Below the pieces are notes generated by a model, which saw nothing but the letters and a program-made list of their open reading frames with translations, was not told the origin of the DNA and searched no databases. The translations under genes were made by a program, and so were the position numbers. A stretch of DNA of 64,000 nt, from contig JBDTUA010000001.1 in NCBI GenBank assembly GCA_040007995.1, forward strand, positions 19,794-83,793, written 5' to 3'. Source of the DNA: Gemmatimonadota bacterium (GTDB taxonomy: Bacteria > Gemmatimonadota > Gemmatimonadetes > Gemmatimonadales > Gemmatimonadaceae). Of this stretch, positions 9,499 through 18,450 are shown in pieces; the first letter of the stretch is position 1; each line of letters opens with the position of its first letter.

Positions 9499-9912
9499 TC
9501 AATGGCCACGGGACCCTCCTCCGCGCGCCGGGTTGGCGACAGCCAACCCGAGCGCCGCCCGCCCCTTCTCGACCGCAGCACCGGCGGCGGCCGCCGCATC
9601 CGCCGCGTCGGAAAAGACGAAGTCGAGGAGCGCAGCCAGGTTCACGCCCGTCACCACCACCAGGTCGGGACGTTCCCGTTGCAGCCGACGAGCAGCCATC
9701 GTGCAGCTGCCGGCGGGGAGATCGGTGAAGATTACGCCGGCGGACGCCCCGTCGACGGCTTCGCGCAGCGTGCGCTCGACGTCCTGCGCGCTGAGGGCAC
9801 GATTGGACAGGCCGACAAAGACATCGTCGCGACCGGTAATCTGGGTCACCGCGGACAACAGTCCTGCGGCCAGGTCACCGTGCCCCGCGACGACCGCGCG
9901 CGCGCTACTCAT
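9499..9912 (-). CDS. PTS mannose-family EIIA component
   Basis: The MSSARAVVAGHGDLAAGLLSAV N-terminus carries the EIIA-Man active-site His, followed by VIFTDLPAGS. It overlaps the hprK stop by 8 nt. Confidence 0.8.
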   Translation of the reverse strand: MSSARAVVAGHGDLAAGLLSAVTQITGRDDVFVGLSNRALSAQDVERTLREAVDGASAGVIFTDLPAGSCTMAARRLQRERPDLVVVTGVNLAALLDFVFSDAADAAAAAGAAVEKGRAALGLAVANPARGGGSRGH

Positions 9913-10879
9913 CGTCCTGGATGAGGTATCGTCGCACTTCCGCCGCCTTCTGCTGCATGTGTCCCATCAGTCGCTGGTTGAAGATCTCGGCCGGATTCAC
10001 GCCGGCATAGCGCAACAAGTGGTTCATCGCGATCACCTCCGCAATGACGGTGATGTTCTTGCCCGGATTCAGGTACACCGTGATGATCGGGAGCTCGACG
10101 CCGAGGATGGTCGTGAGTTCGCCCTCGAGCCCCGTTCGTTCGACAACCGCGTCTTCCGTCCACTCCATCAGCCGAACGACCACCTCGATGCGCTTCTGCT
10201 GCCGCACCGACCGGATTCCGAAGACCGCGGGCACGTCGATCAGCCCGACGCCGCGAATCTCCATGAAGTGCCGCTGCAGGTGGTGCCCGCTCCCGATGAG
10301 AATCTCGTTGCCGCGCCGGCGTGCGACGACGACATCGTCCGCCACGAGCCGATGGCCACGCTCGACCAGGTCGAGCACGCACTCCGACTTGCCGATGCCG
10401 CTGGCGCCCGTGAACAGTACTCCCACGCCGTACACGTCGGCCAGCGAGCCGTGCAAGGTGGCCGTCGGCGCGAACATGTCCTCGACGAGTGGCTTGGCCC
10501 GACGGTAGAACTCGTTGGTCTTGAGCGAGGATCGGAAGATGGGGACGCCGGCAGCCACTGCGACCTCGAGCATGGGCGGGACGAGGTCGAGCCCCTTGGT
10601 CACGAAGACGCACGGGACGGGGAAGGAGAAGAACAGCTCCAACTGCCGGGAGCGATCCGACGGCGCCAACGAGGCGAGGTAGGTCATCTCGGTTTCGCCG
10701 AACACCTGCGGCCGTTCATGCATGAAGCGGGCGACGAAGCCGGCGAGGGCAAGTCCCGGACTCGACAGGTCCGGATTGGCGACGTCACGGTCGAGACTCA
10801 CCGTGTCGCCGAGCTGCTCCAGCTGCAGCGGCTCCTTGAGGCGCTCGAACAGTCGCCCGACGTTGACGGACCGGTTCAC
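9905..10879 (-). CDS. hprK: HPr kinase/phosphorylase
   Basis: Walker A and signature GVLFTGASGIGKSECVLDLVERGHRLVADD, plus EIRGVGLIDV. The GTG start forms a GTGA overlap with the hpf stop. Confidence 0.9.
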   Translation of the reverse strand: MNRSVNVGRLFERLKEPLQLEQLGDTVSLDRDVANPDLSSPGLALAGFVARFMHERPQVFGETEMTYLASLAPSDRSRQLELFFSFPVPCVFVTKGLDLVPPMLEVAVAAGVPIFRSSLKTNEFYRRAKPLVEDMFAPTATLHGSLADVYGVGVLFTGASGIGKSECVLDLVERGHRLVADDVVVARRRGNEILIGSGHHLQRHFMEIRGVGLIDVPAVFGIRSVRQQKRIEVVVRLMEWTEDAVVERTGLEGELTTILGVELPIITVYLNPGKNITVIAEVIAMNHLLRYAGVNPAEIFNQRLMGHMQQKAAEVRRYLIQDDE

Positions 10880-11187
10880 GTGCGCGAGAGTCGCGTTGCC
10901 TTCCCCTTCGGCGCTCGGCGCACACGCGCGACCTGCGACTCCAGGTGGGCAAGCGCGATCTTGAGCGCCGGACCGTAGTAGCGCGACGTTCCCTGGGCGA
11001 TCAGGTCCCGGTGACCCGGTGCATTCACGCGGATCTCGACGCGACGCGTCGGTCCATCCTGCTCAAACCGCACGGTGGCATCCACGGCACGCTCGACCCG
11101 CTGCGCAACGCGCCTCAGGCCGCGTGTGGCCCGCTCCTGCATTCGCTCCGAGATGACCGCATGATGCGCGTGAAAGACGACGTCCAC
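10876..11187 (-). CDS. hpf: Ribosome hibernation promoting factor / sigma-54 modulation protein family (short form)
   Basis: 103 aa from GTG 11187, preceded by GGAGGGTAAGCCC. The sequence VDVVFHAHHAVISERMQERATRGLRRVAQRVERAVDATVRFEQDGPTRRVEIRVNAPGHRDLIAQGTSRYYGPALKIALAHLESQ fits RaiA/HPF. The longer track ORF runs into the upstream glycosyltransferase gene. Confidence 0.8.
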   Translation of the reverse strand: MDVVFHAHHAVISERMQERATRGLRRVAQRVERAVDATVRFEQDGPTRRVEIRVNAPGHRDLIAQGTSRYYGPALKIALAHLESQVARVRRAPKGKATRLSRT

Positions 11188-11191
11188 GGGC

Positions 11192-12301
11192 TTACCCTCC
11201 TGTCGACTGTAACACCCGAACGAGATGCTGCTCGGTCTCGAGCGCCGAGCGCTCCCAAGTGAACTGTTCGGCGAAACGACGCCCGGCCACCCCAAGTGCG
11301 GACACCAGCGTGGGGGTCGTGATGAGGCGAGACATCGCGACGCTGAGTGCGGCCACATCGCCGTGGGGAACGAGGTAGCCCGTCTGCCCGTCGCGCACCG
11401 ACTCCCGGATCCCGGGAGAATTCGACGCGATGACTGGCGTGCCGCACGCCGCCGCCTCGAGATTCGTGATACCCCACCCCTCCTTGGGCGACGTAAACGT
11501 CATCGCCCACGCGCGTCGCATGAGCTCCACCTTCTCGCTCTCGCTGATGCGCCCAAGAAACCGCACCCGCGCGCCAAGGTCAAGCGACTGCGCGAGTTGC
11601 TCAAGGGAGGGGCGCGCGTCGCCGGCCCCGGCAATGTCCAGCCGCGCCGATGGGGCGTTCAGTTGAGCGAAGGCCCGAATGATCAGGTCGACGCGCTTGT
11701 AGCGCTTCAGGCGACCGACGTAGGCAAAGAGCGGCGCTTCAGCGCGCGCCTCACTCGCCGGCGTGTAGTGGGCTGTGTCGATGCCGCAATAGATCACGGT
11801 GATCCGTTCGCGCGCGACGCCACGTCGCACGAGATCATCGGCCGTGCTTTCGCTGATGACCTGGAACGGGACGTCGCGGTACACGACCGGAATCGGGCGT
11901 TCGGCGAGCCACACCATGGCGGCGAGCGGCGCCGAGAGTTCCTGGAATGCCGTGCCGCCGAAGAGGTGCGGGATCACCCCGATGACGGGGCGATCGCTCC
12001 AGCCAGGAGTGTACAGCGGGACCTTGTTGATGTCCTCCACGATCGCGTCGAACGGCTGCCGGGCGAACCGCTGGCGATACGCCCCGCGCGCGAGGAACGG
12101 GAAGGTGTACCGCGTCCCGACGCGCACGATGTGCAGGCCATCGAGCGTGGCGCCGGGCGCACACCCTTCCCAACCGCTGCACAGCAGCGTGACCTCGTGC
12201 CCGCGCGCGGCCAGGCGTCCAAAGATCTCGTGCAGGTGGATCTCGGCACCACCGGCCTGCGGATTTTCGCGGTCCTGCCAGTTCACGACCAGGAGCCGCA
12301 A
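11192..12301 (-). CDS. Glycosyltransferase, GT4 (GT-B fold) family
   Basis: N-terminal MRLLVVNWQD...GGAEIHLHEIFGRLAARGHEVTLL and a C-terminal EGWGITNLEAAACGTPVIASNSPGIRESV (E-x7-E region) are typical of GT4 enzymes. Confidence 0.8.
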   Translation of the reverse strand: MRLLVVNWQDRENPQAGGAEIHLHEIFGRLAARGHEVTLLCSGWEGCAPGATLDGLHIVRVGTRYTFPFLARGAYRQRFARQPFDAIVEDINKVPLYTPGWSDRPVIGVIPHLFGGTAFQELSAPLAAMVWLAERPIPVVYRDVPFQVISESTADDLVRRGVARERITVIYCGIDTAHYTPASEARAEAPLFAYVGRLKRYKRVDLIIRAFAQLNAPSARLDIAGAGDARPSLEQLAQSLDLGARVRFLGRISESEKVELMRRAWAMTFTSPKEGWGITNLEAAACGTPVIASNSPGIRESVRDGQTGYLVPHGDVAALSVAMSRLITTPTLVSALGVAGRRFAEQFTWERSALETEQHLVRVLQSTGG

Positions 12302-12751
12302 CTAGATCCTCCCCAGCTTCCTGGCGAGGGCGTCGAGCACGCCATTCACGAAGCGCGCGCTCTCCTCGCTGCCGAAACGCTCGGCCAGCAACACCGCCTC
12401 CTGGATGGCCACGCGCGGCGGCGTGGCGGCGCGTAACTCGCTTCCGTTCCACATCAGTTCGGCCGCGCCGAGACGGAGCACCGCGCGCTCGATCGCCCCC
12501 ACGCGCTCCATTCGCCAGTTGGTCGTCAGCTCGGCGATCGACCCGTCGATCGTCGCGCCATGCAATTCGAGCATTCGGATGATCGGCGTGGCGAAGGCAC
12601 GCTCCTCGGCCCCGAGGGCGAGGTCGTCCCAGAGACGCTGCGTCATCCCGACAATGCTGCCACGGTGCACCACGTCCCACGCGTACACTGCCTGCATCGC
12701 GCGCGCGCGCGCGCGGCGGCGCAGGCGCTGCTCAACCCTCGTCAGCCGCAT
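12302..12751 (-). CDS. nusB: Transcription antitermination factor NusB
   Basis: RRRARARAMQAVYAWDV... and ...AIQEAVLLAERFGSEESARFVNGVLDALARK are NusB signatures. I chose ATG 12751 (overlaps the ribH end by 20 nt); the upstream ATG 12826 is possible. Confidence 0.85.
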   Translation of the reverse strand: MRLTRVEQRLRRRARARAMQAVYAWDVVHRGSIVGMTQRLWDDLALGAEERAFATPIIRMLELHGATIDGSIAELTTNWRMERVGAIERAVLRLGAAELMWNGSELRAATPPRVAIQEAVLLAERFGSEESARFVNGVLDALARKLGRI

Positions 12752-13211
12752 CCAGTCGCCCGAAGAGATCGGCCATCTCGAGTGCCGCGAGTGCGGCATC
12801 CCATCCCTTGTTGCCGTGTGCGCCACCCGCGCGCGCCTCGGCCTGTTCCATGGTGTCGCAGGTCAGCACGCCGAAGGCGATGGGAATGTCGAGTTCCGCG
12901 CTTGCCTGCGACAACGACCGCGCGCACTCGCCGGCGACGAAATCGAAGTGCGGTGTGTCGCCACGAATCACTGCGCCTAACGCGATCAGGGCGTCGTAGC
13001 GGTCGCTGGCGAGGGCGCGGCGCGCCGCGAAGGGGAGCTCCCACGCCCCGGGCACCCACAACGTGTCGATGTCGTCGAAGGCGGCGCCGTGGCGCGTGAG
13101 GGCGTCGAGCGCCCCGTCGAGGAGCTTCTGGGTGATGGTCTCGTTGAAGCGGGCGACGACAATCGCGATGCGCCGTCCTGCCCCCGCCGCCGAGCCGCTG
13201 TATTCTGGCAT
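12732..13211 (-). CDS. ribH: 6,7-dimethyl-8-ribityllumazine synthase
   Basis: RIAIVVARFNETITQKLLDGALDAL...LWVPGAWELP...ALGAVIRGDTPHFDFVAGE. The start MPEYSG at 13211 shares one base with the ribBA stop. The track ORF (292 aa) is an upstream extension. Confidence 0.9.
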   Translation of the reverse strand: MPEYSGSAAGAGRRIAIVVARFNETITQKLLDGALDALTRHGAAFDDIDTLWVPGAWELPFAARRALASDRYDALIALGAVIRGDTPHFDFVAGECARSLSQASAELDIPIAFGVLTCDTMEQAEARAGGAHGNKGWDAALAALEMADLFGRLDAADEG

Positions 13212-14419
13212 CAGGTGTTGAGCAGGTGGCCCATCTTCGTGCGCTTGGTCTCGAGGTACGAGGCGTTCTCCTCGTTCGTCGGCGCGGCGATGCGTACCCG
13301 GTCGACGATCTCGAGTCCGTAGCCCTTGAGTCCGACCAGTTTCGTGGGATTGTTCGTCAGGATCCGAATGGACTTGAGCCCGAGGTCGAGCAGGATCTGC
13401 GCGCCGACCCCATAATTCCGCAGGTCGGACTTGAATCCAAGCTTCTCGTTGGCCTCGACCGTGTCGTGCCCCTGATCCTGCAGCTCGTACGCCCGGAGCT
13501 TGTTCACGAGGCCGATCCCGCGCCCCTCCTGATCCAGATACACGATCGCGCCCTTCCCTTCCTCGGCGATCATCTCCATCGCCTTGTGCAGCTGCCAGCC
13601 GCAATCGCAACGGCGCGAGTGGAAGACGTCACCGGTGAGGCACTTCGAGTGCATCCGCACCAGCACGTTCTGCCCATCGCCAATATCACCGTAGAGCAGG
13701 GCAACATGCTCGCGCTCGTCCACATCGTTCCGGTACCCGATGATGCGCCAGCCGTCGCCCCCGATGTCGTTGGGGAGACGAGCTTCCGCCGCGCGGTGCA
13801 CCAGGCGCTCGTTGGCGAGGCGATGGGCTACGAGATCGGCAACGGTGATGAACGTGAGCGAGTGGACGTCGGCGAAGGCGGCGAGTTCGTCGCGCTTCAT
13901 GGTGCGCCCGTCATCGTTGAGAATCTCGCAGATGACGCCCGCGGGCTGTACGCTGGCCAGCCGACAGAGATCGATGGCCGCCTCGGTATGTCCGACGCGC
14001 TGGAGTACCCCGCCGTGGCGCCCGCGCAGCGGATGCACGTGTCCCGGCGTCCGCACATCGGCGGCGCCCTTGCTCGGATCGGCGGCGACGCGAATCGTCG
14101 CCGCGCGGTCGGAGGCGGAGATTCCCGTCGTGACACCATACGAGGGGGCCGCATCGATCGTGACCGTGAAGGCGGTTTTCATCGACTCGGTGTTCTCCCG
14201 GACCTGCATGGGAAGGCCCAGCTGCGCCACCCGCTCCGGCGGAAGCGCCAGGCAGATCATCCCCTTCGCCTTGAGCATGAAGTTGACCATCTCCGGCGTA
14301 ACGAGCTCCGCCGCGCAGACCAGGTCTCCCTCGTTCTCGCGATCTTCATCATCGGCGACGACGACGAACTTGCCGTTGCGAATGTCGTCAATTGCCTGGA
14401 GTACGGTGCCGAAAGCCAT
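13211..14419 (-). CDS. ribBA: Bifunctional 3,4-dihydroxy-2-butanone-4-phosphate synthase / GTP cyclohydrolase II
   Basis: DHBP synthase motifs (VVADDEDRENEGDLV, HTEAAIDL) are followed by GCH-II motifs (RMHSKCLTGDVFHSRRCDCG, LDQEGRGIGL). The start is probably MAFGTV (14419). Confidence 0.9.
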   Translation of the reverse strand: MAFGTVLQAIDDIRNGKFVVVADDEDRENEGDLVCAAELVTPEMVNFMLKAKGMICLALPPERVAQLGLPMQVRENTESMKTAFTVTIDAAPSYGVTTGISASDRAATIRVAADPSKGAADVRTPGHVHPLRGRHGGVLQRVGHTEAAIDLCRLASVQPAGVICEILNDDGRTMKRDELAAFADVHSLTFITVADLVAHRLANERLVHRAAEARLPNDIGGDGWRIIGYRNDVDEREHVALLYGDIGDGQNVLVRMHSKCLTGDVFHSRRCDCGWQLHKAMEMIAEEGKGAIVYLDQEGRGIGLVNKLRAYELQDQGHDTVEANEKLGFKSDLRNYGVGAQILLDLGLKSIRILTNNPTKLVGLKGYGLEIVDRVRIAAPTNEENASYLETKRTKMGHLLNT

Positions 14420-14514
14420 AGGGGAAACGTAACCCGTTGAGGGGCATGGACACAGCAGAGCATTCACCCTGCTGTACGCGCTGACGCCCGAGACGCGGAC
14501 CGCCGATCGCGCGG

Positions 14515-15123
14515 TCAGGAGGACTTGTCGTCGGGGAGGTACGGCCCCACCAGCGATCGGACGTATTTCCCCACCACATCACCCTCGAGGTGGACCCGGT
14601 CCCCAGTTCCGAGATCGCCGAGCGTCGTGTGACGCAGGGTGAATTCGATGATCGACACCTGAAGAATGCGTCCAGGTGAAATCGCGTTCACGGTCAGGCT
14701 GACGCCATCGACGCAAATCGAGCCGTGGGGAACGAGCAGCGCTGCGATTTCGGGCGGGACGGCGATGTCGAGAATCCACGCATCGTCCCGGCGCGTGGCG
14801 CTGACCACCTCCCCCACGGCGTCGACGTGCCCCTGTACCAGGTGACCCCCTAGGCGATCGCCGAGTCGCATCGCGCGCTCCAGGTTCAGCCGGCGACCGA
14901 CGTTCCAGCTCGCCACCGTCGTTCGGTCGAGCGTCGTGACCACGGCCGCGACGCCGAACCACCCCTCCCCAGACTCCCGCACCGTCAGGCACGCGCCCTG
15001 ACAAGCGATGCTTTCCCCCAACACCAGGTCGTCGTACCGGCAGGCGACGCGGAATTCACGGCCGGCTTCGCCATCGCGGAGAGCGGTGATCGTCCCGACA
15101 TCGTCGATGAGTCCGGTGAACAT
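14515..15123 (-). CDS. ribE: Riboflavin synthase (alpha chain)
   Basis: MFTGLIDDVGTI...GESIACQGACLTV...GGHLVQGHVD...GSICVDGVSLTV shows the duplicated lumazine-binding repeats. Confidence 0.9.
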   Translation of the reverse strand: MFTGLIDDVGTITALRDGEAGREFRVACRYDDLVLGESIACQGACLTVRESGEGWFGVAAVVTTLDRTTVASWNVGRRLNLERAMRLGDRLGGHLVQGHVDAVGEVVSATRRDDAWILDIAVPPEIAALLVPHGSICVDGVSLTVNAISPGRILQVSIIEFTLRHTTLGDLGTGDRVHLEGDVVGKYVRSLVGPYLPDDKSS

Positions 15124-16247
15124 CAGCGTTCCAGTGGGGCGTCGTTGAGCGCGTACACCGTCATGAGATCGTCGCCAAACGTGTGACGAGAGATGATCCG
15201 CAAACGCCGAGCCTCGGCGGTGCGCTGCGGCGGCGCCAGTGGAAACGCATGCAAAGCGCCCTCGCCCAGCAGGACGGGCGCCGAGAAGACGATGAGTCGA
15301 TCGACCAGCGCTTCGTGCAGCAGGGCCCCGGCAAGGCGCGCGCCCCCCTCGACAAGGATCGAACGGATCCCGCGCGTACGAAGCGAGCGTAGCGCCTCGC
15401 TCAGCGAGGATGCCGCGATGAGGTCGACGCCCATTTCATTGAGCGTGACTTCGTAGGCCGGGTCGGACGCATCGGCCATGACAAGAACCGGGGTCTCTCT
15501 CGCCGTCGCGGCCAGGACGCTGGTCACCGGAAGGCGCCCAGATCGGGAGAATACAACCCGTCGCGGGGAGATTCGCGGTGCCTTGGCATCGCGCACCGTC
15601 AGGGCCGGGTCGTCGGCCAGGACCGTCCCCATCCCGACGCCGACGGCGTCGCTCTGCGCCCGCCAGCGGTGCACCTCTGCACGCGCCCCCGGGCCCGAAA
15701 GCCATCCCGTTTTACGGGTGCGATCGGCCAGCGCCCCGTCGATCGAAATCGCCAGCTTGAGCGTCACCCACGGGCGATCAGAGGTCAACGCGTGGAAGAA
15801 GTCCGCGTTCAGGTCGCGCGCCTCCTGTTCACAGCGCCCGATTTCGACCGCTACGCCGTTTTCGCGCAGCCGACCGGCTCCACCTGCCGCCTCGGCGTTG
15901 GGGTCGGGCGTCGCGATCACCACCCGGGACACTCCGGCATCGATCAGTGCATCGGCGCATGGAGGGGTCTTGCCGTGATGCGCGCACGGTTCGAGCGTGA
16001 GGTAGGCGGTGCTGCCGCGGGCCCGCGTCCCGGCGCGGGAGAGCGCCATGACTTCCGCGTGCTCGCGTCCGTAGGTGGCGTGGTAGCCCTCGCCGACGAT
16101 CCGTCCGTCACGCACGAGCACCGCGCCCACCATGGGGTTCGGCGAGACCTGCCCCCAACCACGCTCGGCCAGTGCGAGGGCGCGGCGCATGTAGCGCGCG
16201 TCGAGGTCCTCCGGTCCCACGCCGGCCGAGCGCGCGCGTCCCGCCAT
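15123..16247 (-). CDS. ribD: Bifunctional diaminohydroxyphosphoribosylaminopyrimidine deaminase / 5-amino-6-(5-phosphoribosylamino)uracil reductase
   Basis: Deaminase zinc motifs (HAEVMAL, TLEPCAHHGKTPPC) are followed by a RibD_C reductase domain. The start lies 3 nt after the stop of the upstream OMP gene. Confidence 0.9.
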   Translation of the reverse strand: MAGRARSAGVGPEDLDARYMRRALALAERGWGQVSPNPMVGAVLVRDGRIVGEGYHATYGREHAEVMALSRAGTRARGSTAYLTLEPCAHHGKTPPCADALIDAGVSRVVIATPDPNAEAAGGAGRLRENGVAVEIGRCEQEARDLNADFFHALTSDRPWVTLKLAISIDGALADRTRKTGWLSGPGARAEVHRWRAQSDAVGVGMGTVLADDPALTVRDAKAPRISPRRVVFSRSGRLPVTSVLAATARETPVLVMADASDPAYEVTLNEMGVDLIAASSLSEALRSLRTRGIRSILVEGGARLAGALLHEALVDRLIVFSAPVLLGEGALHAFPLAPPQRTAEARRLRIISRHTFGDDLMTVYALNDAPLER

Positions 16248-16250
16248 CCG

Positions 16251-17369
16251 CTACCAGGTCACGCGCAGGCCCAACGATGCGTAGTTCCTCGCATCGTCGG
16301 CCCGGTGTCCGGCAAAGGTGTTGTAGGTGGCGAGCGTTCCGCCGCTCGCCCGGCCTACTTCGGCGACCACGCGCAGCGCCGGCAGGTTGAGCGCCACGTT
16401 TCCGAACACGTTGTGGCGCGTCAGTTCCTGCCGGGCCGCGACCACACTCGACGTCACCGCCGGCACGACGCGATTGATCGTGACCTGGGCGTCCGCGCGC
16501 GTGTCGTAGCGATCCTGCCCGCCGCCGACGGCCAGGCCGAAGACCGAAAAGTTCTTCCCGGCGACAATGCGCCACGCGGTCGTGGACACGCGCACATCGC
16601 GCACGTTCAGTTCGTCGCCGGACACCCGTCCCTGCACGTCGACCGTCGGCAGGTCGCGTTGCAGCCAGGTTACCGAGATGCCGGGCGTCACAAAGGTCTC
16701 GGCGAGCAGCCCGAGGCGTCCGCCGAAGCCGAACTTGAGCGAACCGTCGGGGACGTCGAGCGTGAGGTCGCCCTCGTCTACCGACGGAATGTAAGCGACA
16801 TTGACGAGCACATCGACACCAAGGGCGTAGCTGCCGGCGAATGGAATACCTCGGAAGATGCCGATTGCCGCATCCAGGACCGGGGCGGCAATCCACTGCT
16901 TCTTGACCGCGTAGTCGTTCGACACGGCGCCGGTCGTGGCGGGTGTGCGCTGATCCACCCGCGGCAGGGTTGACGCGAGCACGTTCGCCTTGAGTCCGAG
17001 CGAGAAGTGTCCAAGTCCGCGCAACGAAGAGTGTTCACCAAGGACGGCATTGCCGCCGGTGAGCGTCGCCCCGAGTTGCGGCGCCATGAATTGCAGGAGA
17101 TCGATCGCCTTCTGACAGGCATCCTGCGTGATTCGCTCGTTCGTTGTTCCGGCGCGACATTGCGCATCGATCGCCCCGCCCTGCGCGCGACTCATACCGG
17201 GCGCCGCGAGGAGAGAGAGCACGCACGCCAGACGGGCGGCCCCCACGAGGCGGGGCCCGATGGGGCGAGGGCGAGCGAGTGCCGCTGCCGAGCCGTGCAA
17301 GGTGACTCTGCACGTGCTTCTATCTGTGTGGCCGTGGTCGCGCTGGTCCGTGACTTTCGTTTCCGTCAT
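16251..17369 (-). CDS. Putative outer-membrane beta-barrel protein of unknown function
   Basis: The start MTETKV (ATG 17369) is preceded by AGGAG. A signal-like ARLACVLSLLAAPGMSRAQG is followed by alternating beta-strand-like composition and a C-terminal ...YASLGLRVTW ending in an aromatic residue. I recognise no family. Confidence 0.55.
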   Translation of the reverse strand: MTETKVTDQRDHGHTDRSTCRVTLHGSAAALARPRPIGPRLVGAARLACVLSLLAAPGMSRAQGGAIDAQCRAGTTNERITQDACQKAIDLLQFMAPQLGATLTGGNAVLGEHSSLRGLGHFSLGLKANVLASTLPRVDQRTPATTGAVSNDYAVKKQWIAAPVLDAAIGIFRGIPFAGSYALGVDVLVNVAYIPSVDEGDLTLDVPDGSLKFGFGGRLGLLAETFVTPGISVTWLQRDLPTVDVQGRVSGDELNVRDVRVSTTAWRIVAGKNFSVFGLAVGGGQDRYDTRADAQVTINRVVPAVTSSVVAARQELTRHNVFGNVALNLPALRVVAEVGRASGGTLATYNTFAGHRADDARNYASLGLRVTW

Positions 17370-17400
17370 CTCCAACTCCTGCGCAGGGGAGGCGCCGCGC

Positions 17401-18450
17401 CTAACGGGGAACGAAGCGCACCTGCCCGGTCCCCGGGGCGACCCGGCCGAGCGTCCAGGCACGCACCCCCGCTGCCGACGCCGACGTCAGGATCGACGAC
17501 GCGTCGGCCGGGTCGGCAACGACGACGATTCCTACCCCCATGTTGAAGGCACGATACATCTCCTGCCGATCTACCTGCCCCGCCGCCTCCAGCACACGGA
17601 AGACGTTCGGGATCTCCCACGTGGACGTGTCCACGAGGGCGTCCAGCGTCGCGGGCAGGGCCCGGTTGAGGTTGCCCGGGAGTCCGCCGCCGGTGATGTG
17701 CGCCAGTGCGTGTACGCGTCCGAGCATCGGACGGATCGCAGCGAGGTAAGAGCGGTGCACCCGCAGCAGGACGTCGGCCACGGAGGCCCCGTCTTCGCCG
17801 GGGAACGGGTCGCCGACCGAAAGCCGCATCCGCTCGCTGACGATGCGTCGCGCTAGCGAGTAGCCGTTCGTGTGCAACCCCGAACTCTCCAGGGCGAACA
17901 GGACGTCGCCGTCCGACACTCGGTCGGCGCCTAACGTCTCGCCCTCCTGCACTGTCCCGACGATGAAGCCGGCGAGGTCGTAGTCGGGCGGGGTGTACAG
18001 TCCGGGCATTTCCGCCGTCTCGCCGCCGATGAGGGCGCACTGGTTCTCGCGGCAGCCGGCTGCCACGCCGGCGACCACCGCCTCGACGACGGCCGGGACG
18101 AGGGCGCCGAACGCGACGTAATCGAGGAAGAAGAGCGGCGTCGCCCCCTGCGCCAGGATGTCGTTCACGCAGTGGTTCACCAGGCAGTGGCCGACCGTGT
18201 CGTGCCGATCCGCCTCGATCGCGACCTTGATCTTCGTCCCCACCCCGTCGGCGCTACCGACCAGGATCGGGCTCCCCGCGGTCGGCGCGCGGAACATCCC
18301 GCCGAACGAACCGAACTCTCCGATGCATCCCGCCGTCCTGGTCGACTCCACCAGCTTCCCGATGCGCGTCTTTGCGTCGTCGGCGGCTTCGATGTCGACG
18401 CCCGCACTGCGATAGCTGAGACCCGCTCCCTCGTCTCGTGGCGCACTCAC
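17401..18450 (-). CDS. purM: Phosphoribosylformylglycinamidine cyclo-ligase (AIR synthetase)
   Basis: YRSAGVDIEAADD..., DGVGTKIKVA, HCLVNHCVNDILAQGATPLFFLDY and GGETAEMPGLY are PurM motifs. Confidence 0.95.
   Translation of the reverse strand: MSAPRDEGAGLSYRSAGVDIEAADDAKTRIGKLVESTRTAGCIGEFGSFGGMFRAPTAGSPILVGSADGVGTKIKVAIEADRHDTVGHCLVNHCVNDILAQGATPLFFLDYVAFGALVPAVVEAVVAGVAAGCRENQCALIGGETAEMPGLYTPPDYDLAGFIVGTVQEGETLGADRVSDGDVLFALESSGLHTNGYSLARRIVSERMRLSVGDPFPGEDGASVADVLLRVHRSYLAAIRPMLGRVHALAHITGGGLPGNLNRALPATLDALVDTSTWEIPNVFRVLEAAGQVDRQEMYRAFNMGVGIVVVADPADASSILTSASAAGVRAWTLGRVAPGTGQVRFVPR

Noticed and set aside
9533-10978. Very long + strand ORFs opposite recognised minus-strand genes. Examples are 9533..10978 (481 aa), 11225..12436, 13226..14440, 15669..16973, 43804..45171, 47916..49280 and 55983..57302.
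   Set aside because: Each lies antisense to a confidently identified conserved gene (hprK, GT4, ribBA, ribD/OMP, recG/ftsY, M23/ftsZ, murD). Their translations are Arg/Pro/Gly/His-rich with no family resemblance. This is the expected stop-codon-poor shadow frame of high-GC DNA.
14420-14514. FMN riboswitch expected with the rib genes.
   Set aside because: The gap is only 95 nt and lacks the conserved RFN blocks. The gap ahead of ribD is 3 nt. I could not run a covariance model, so absence is judged by eye only.
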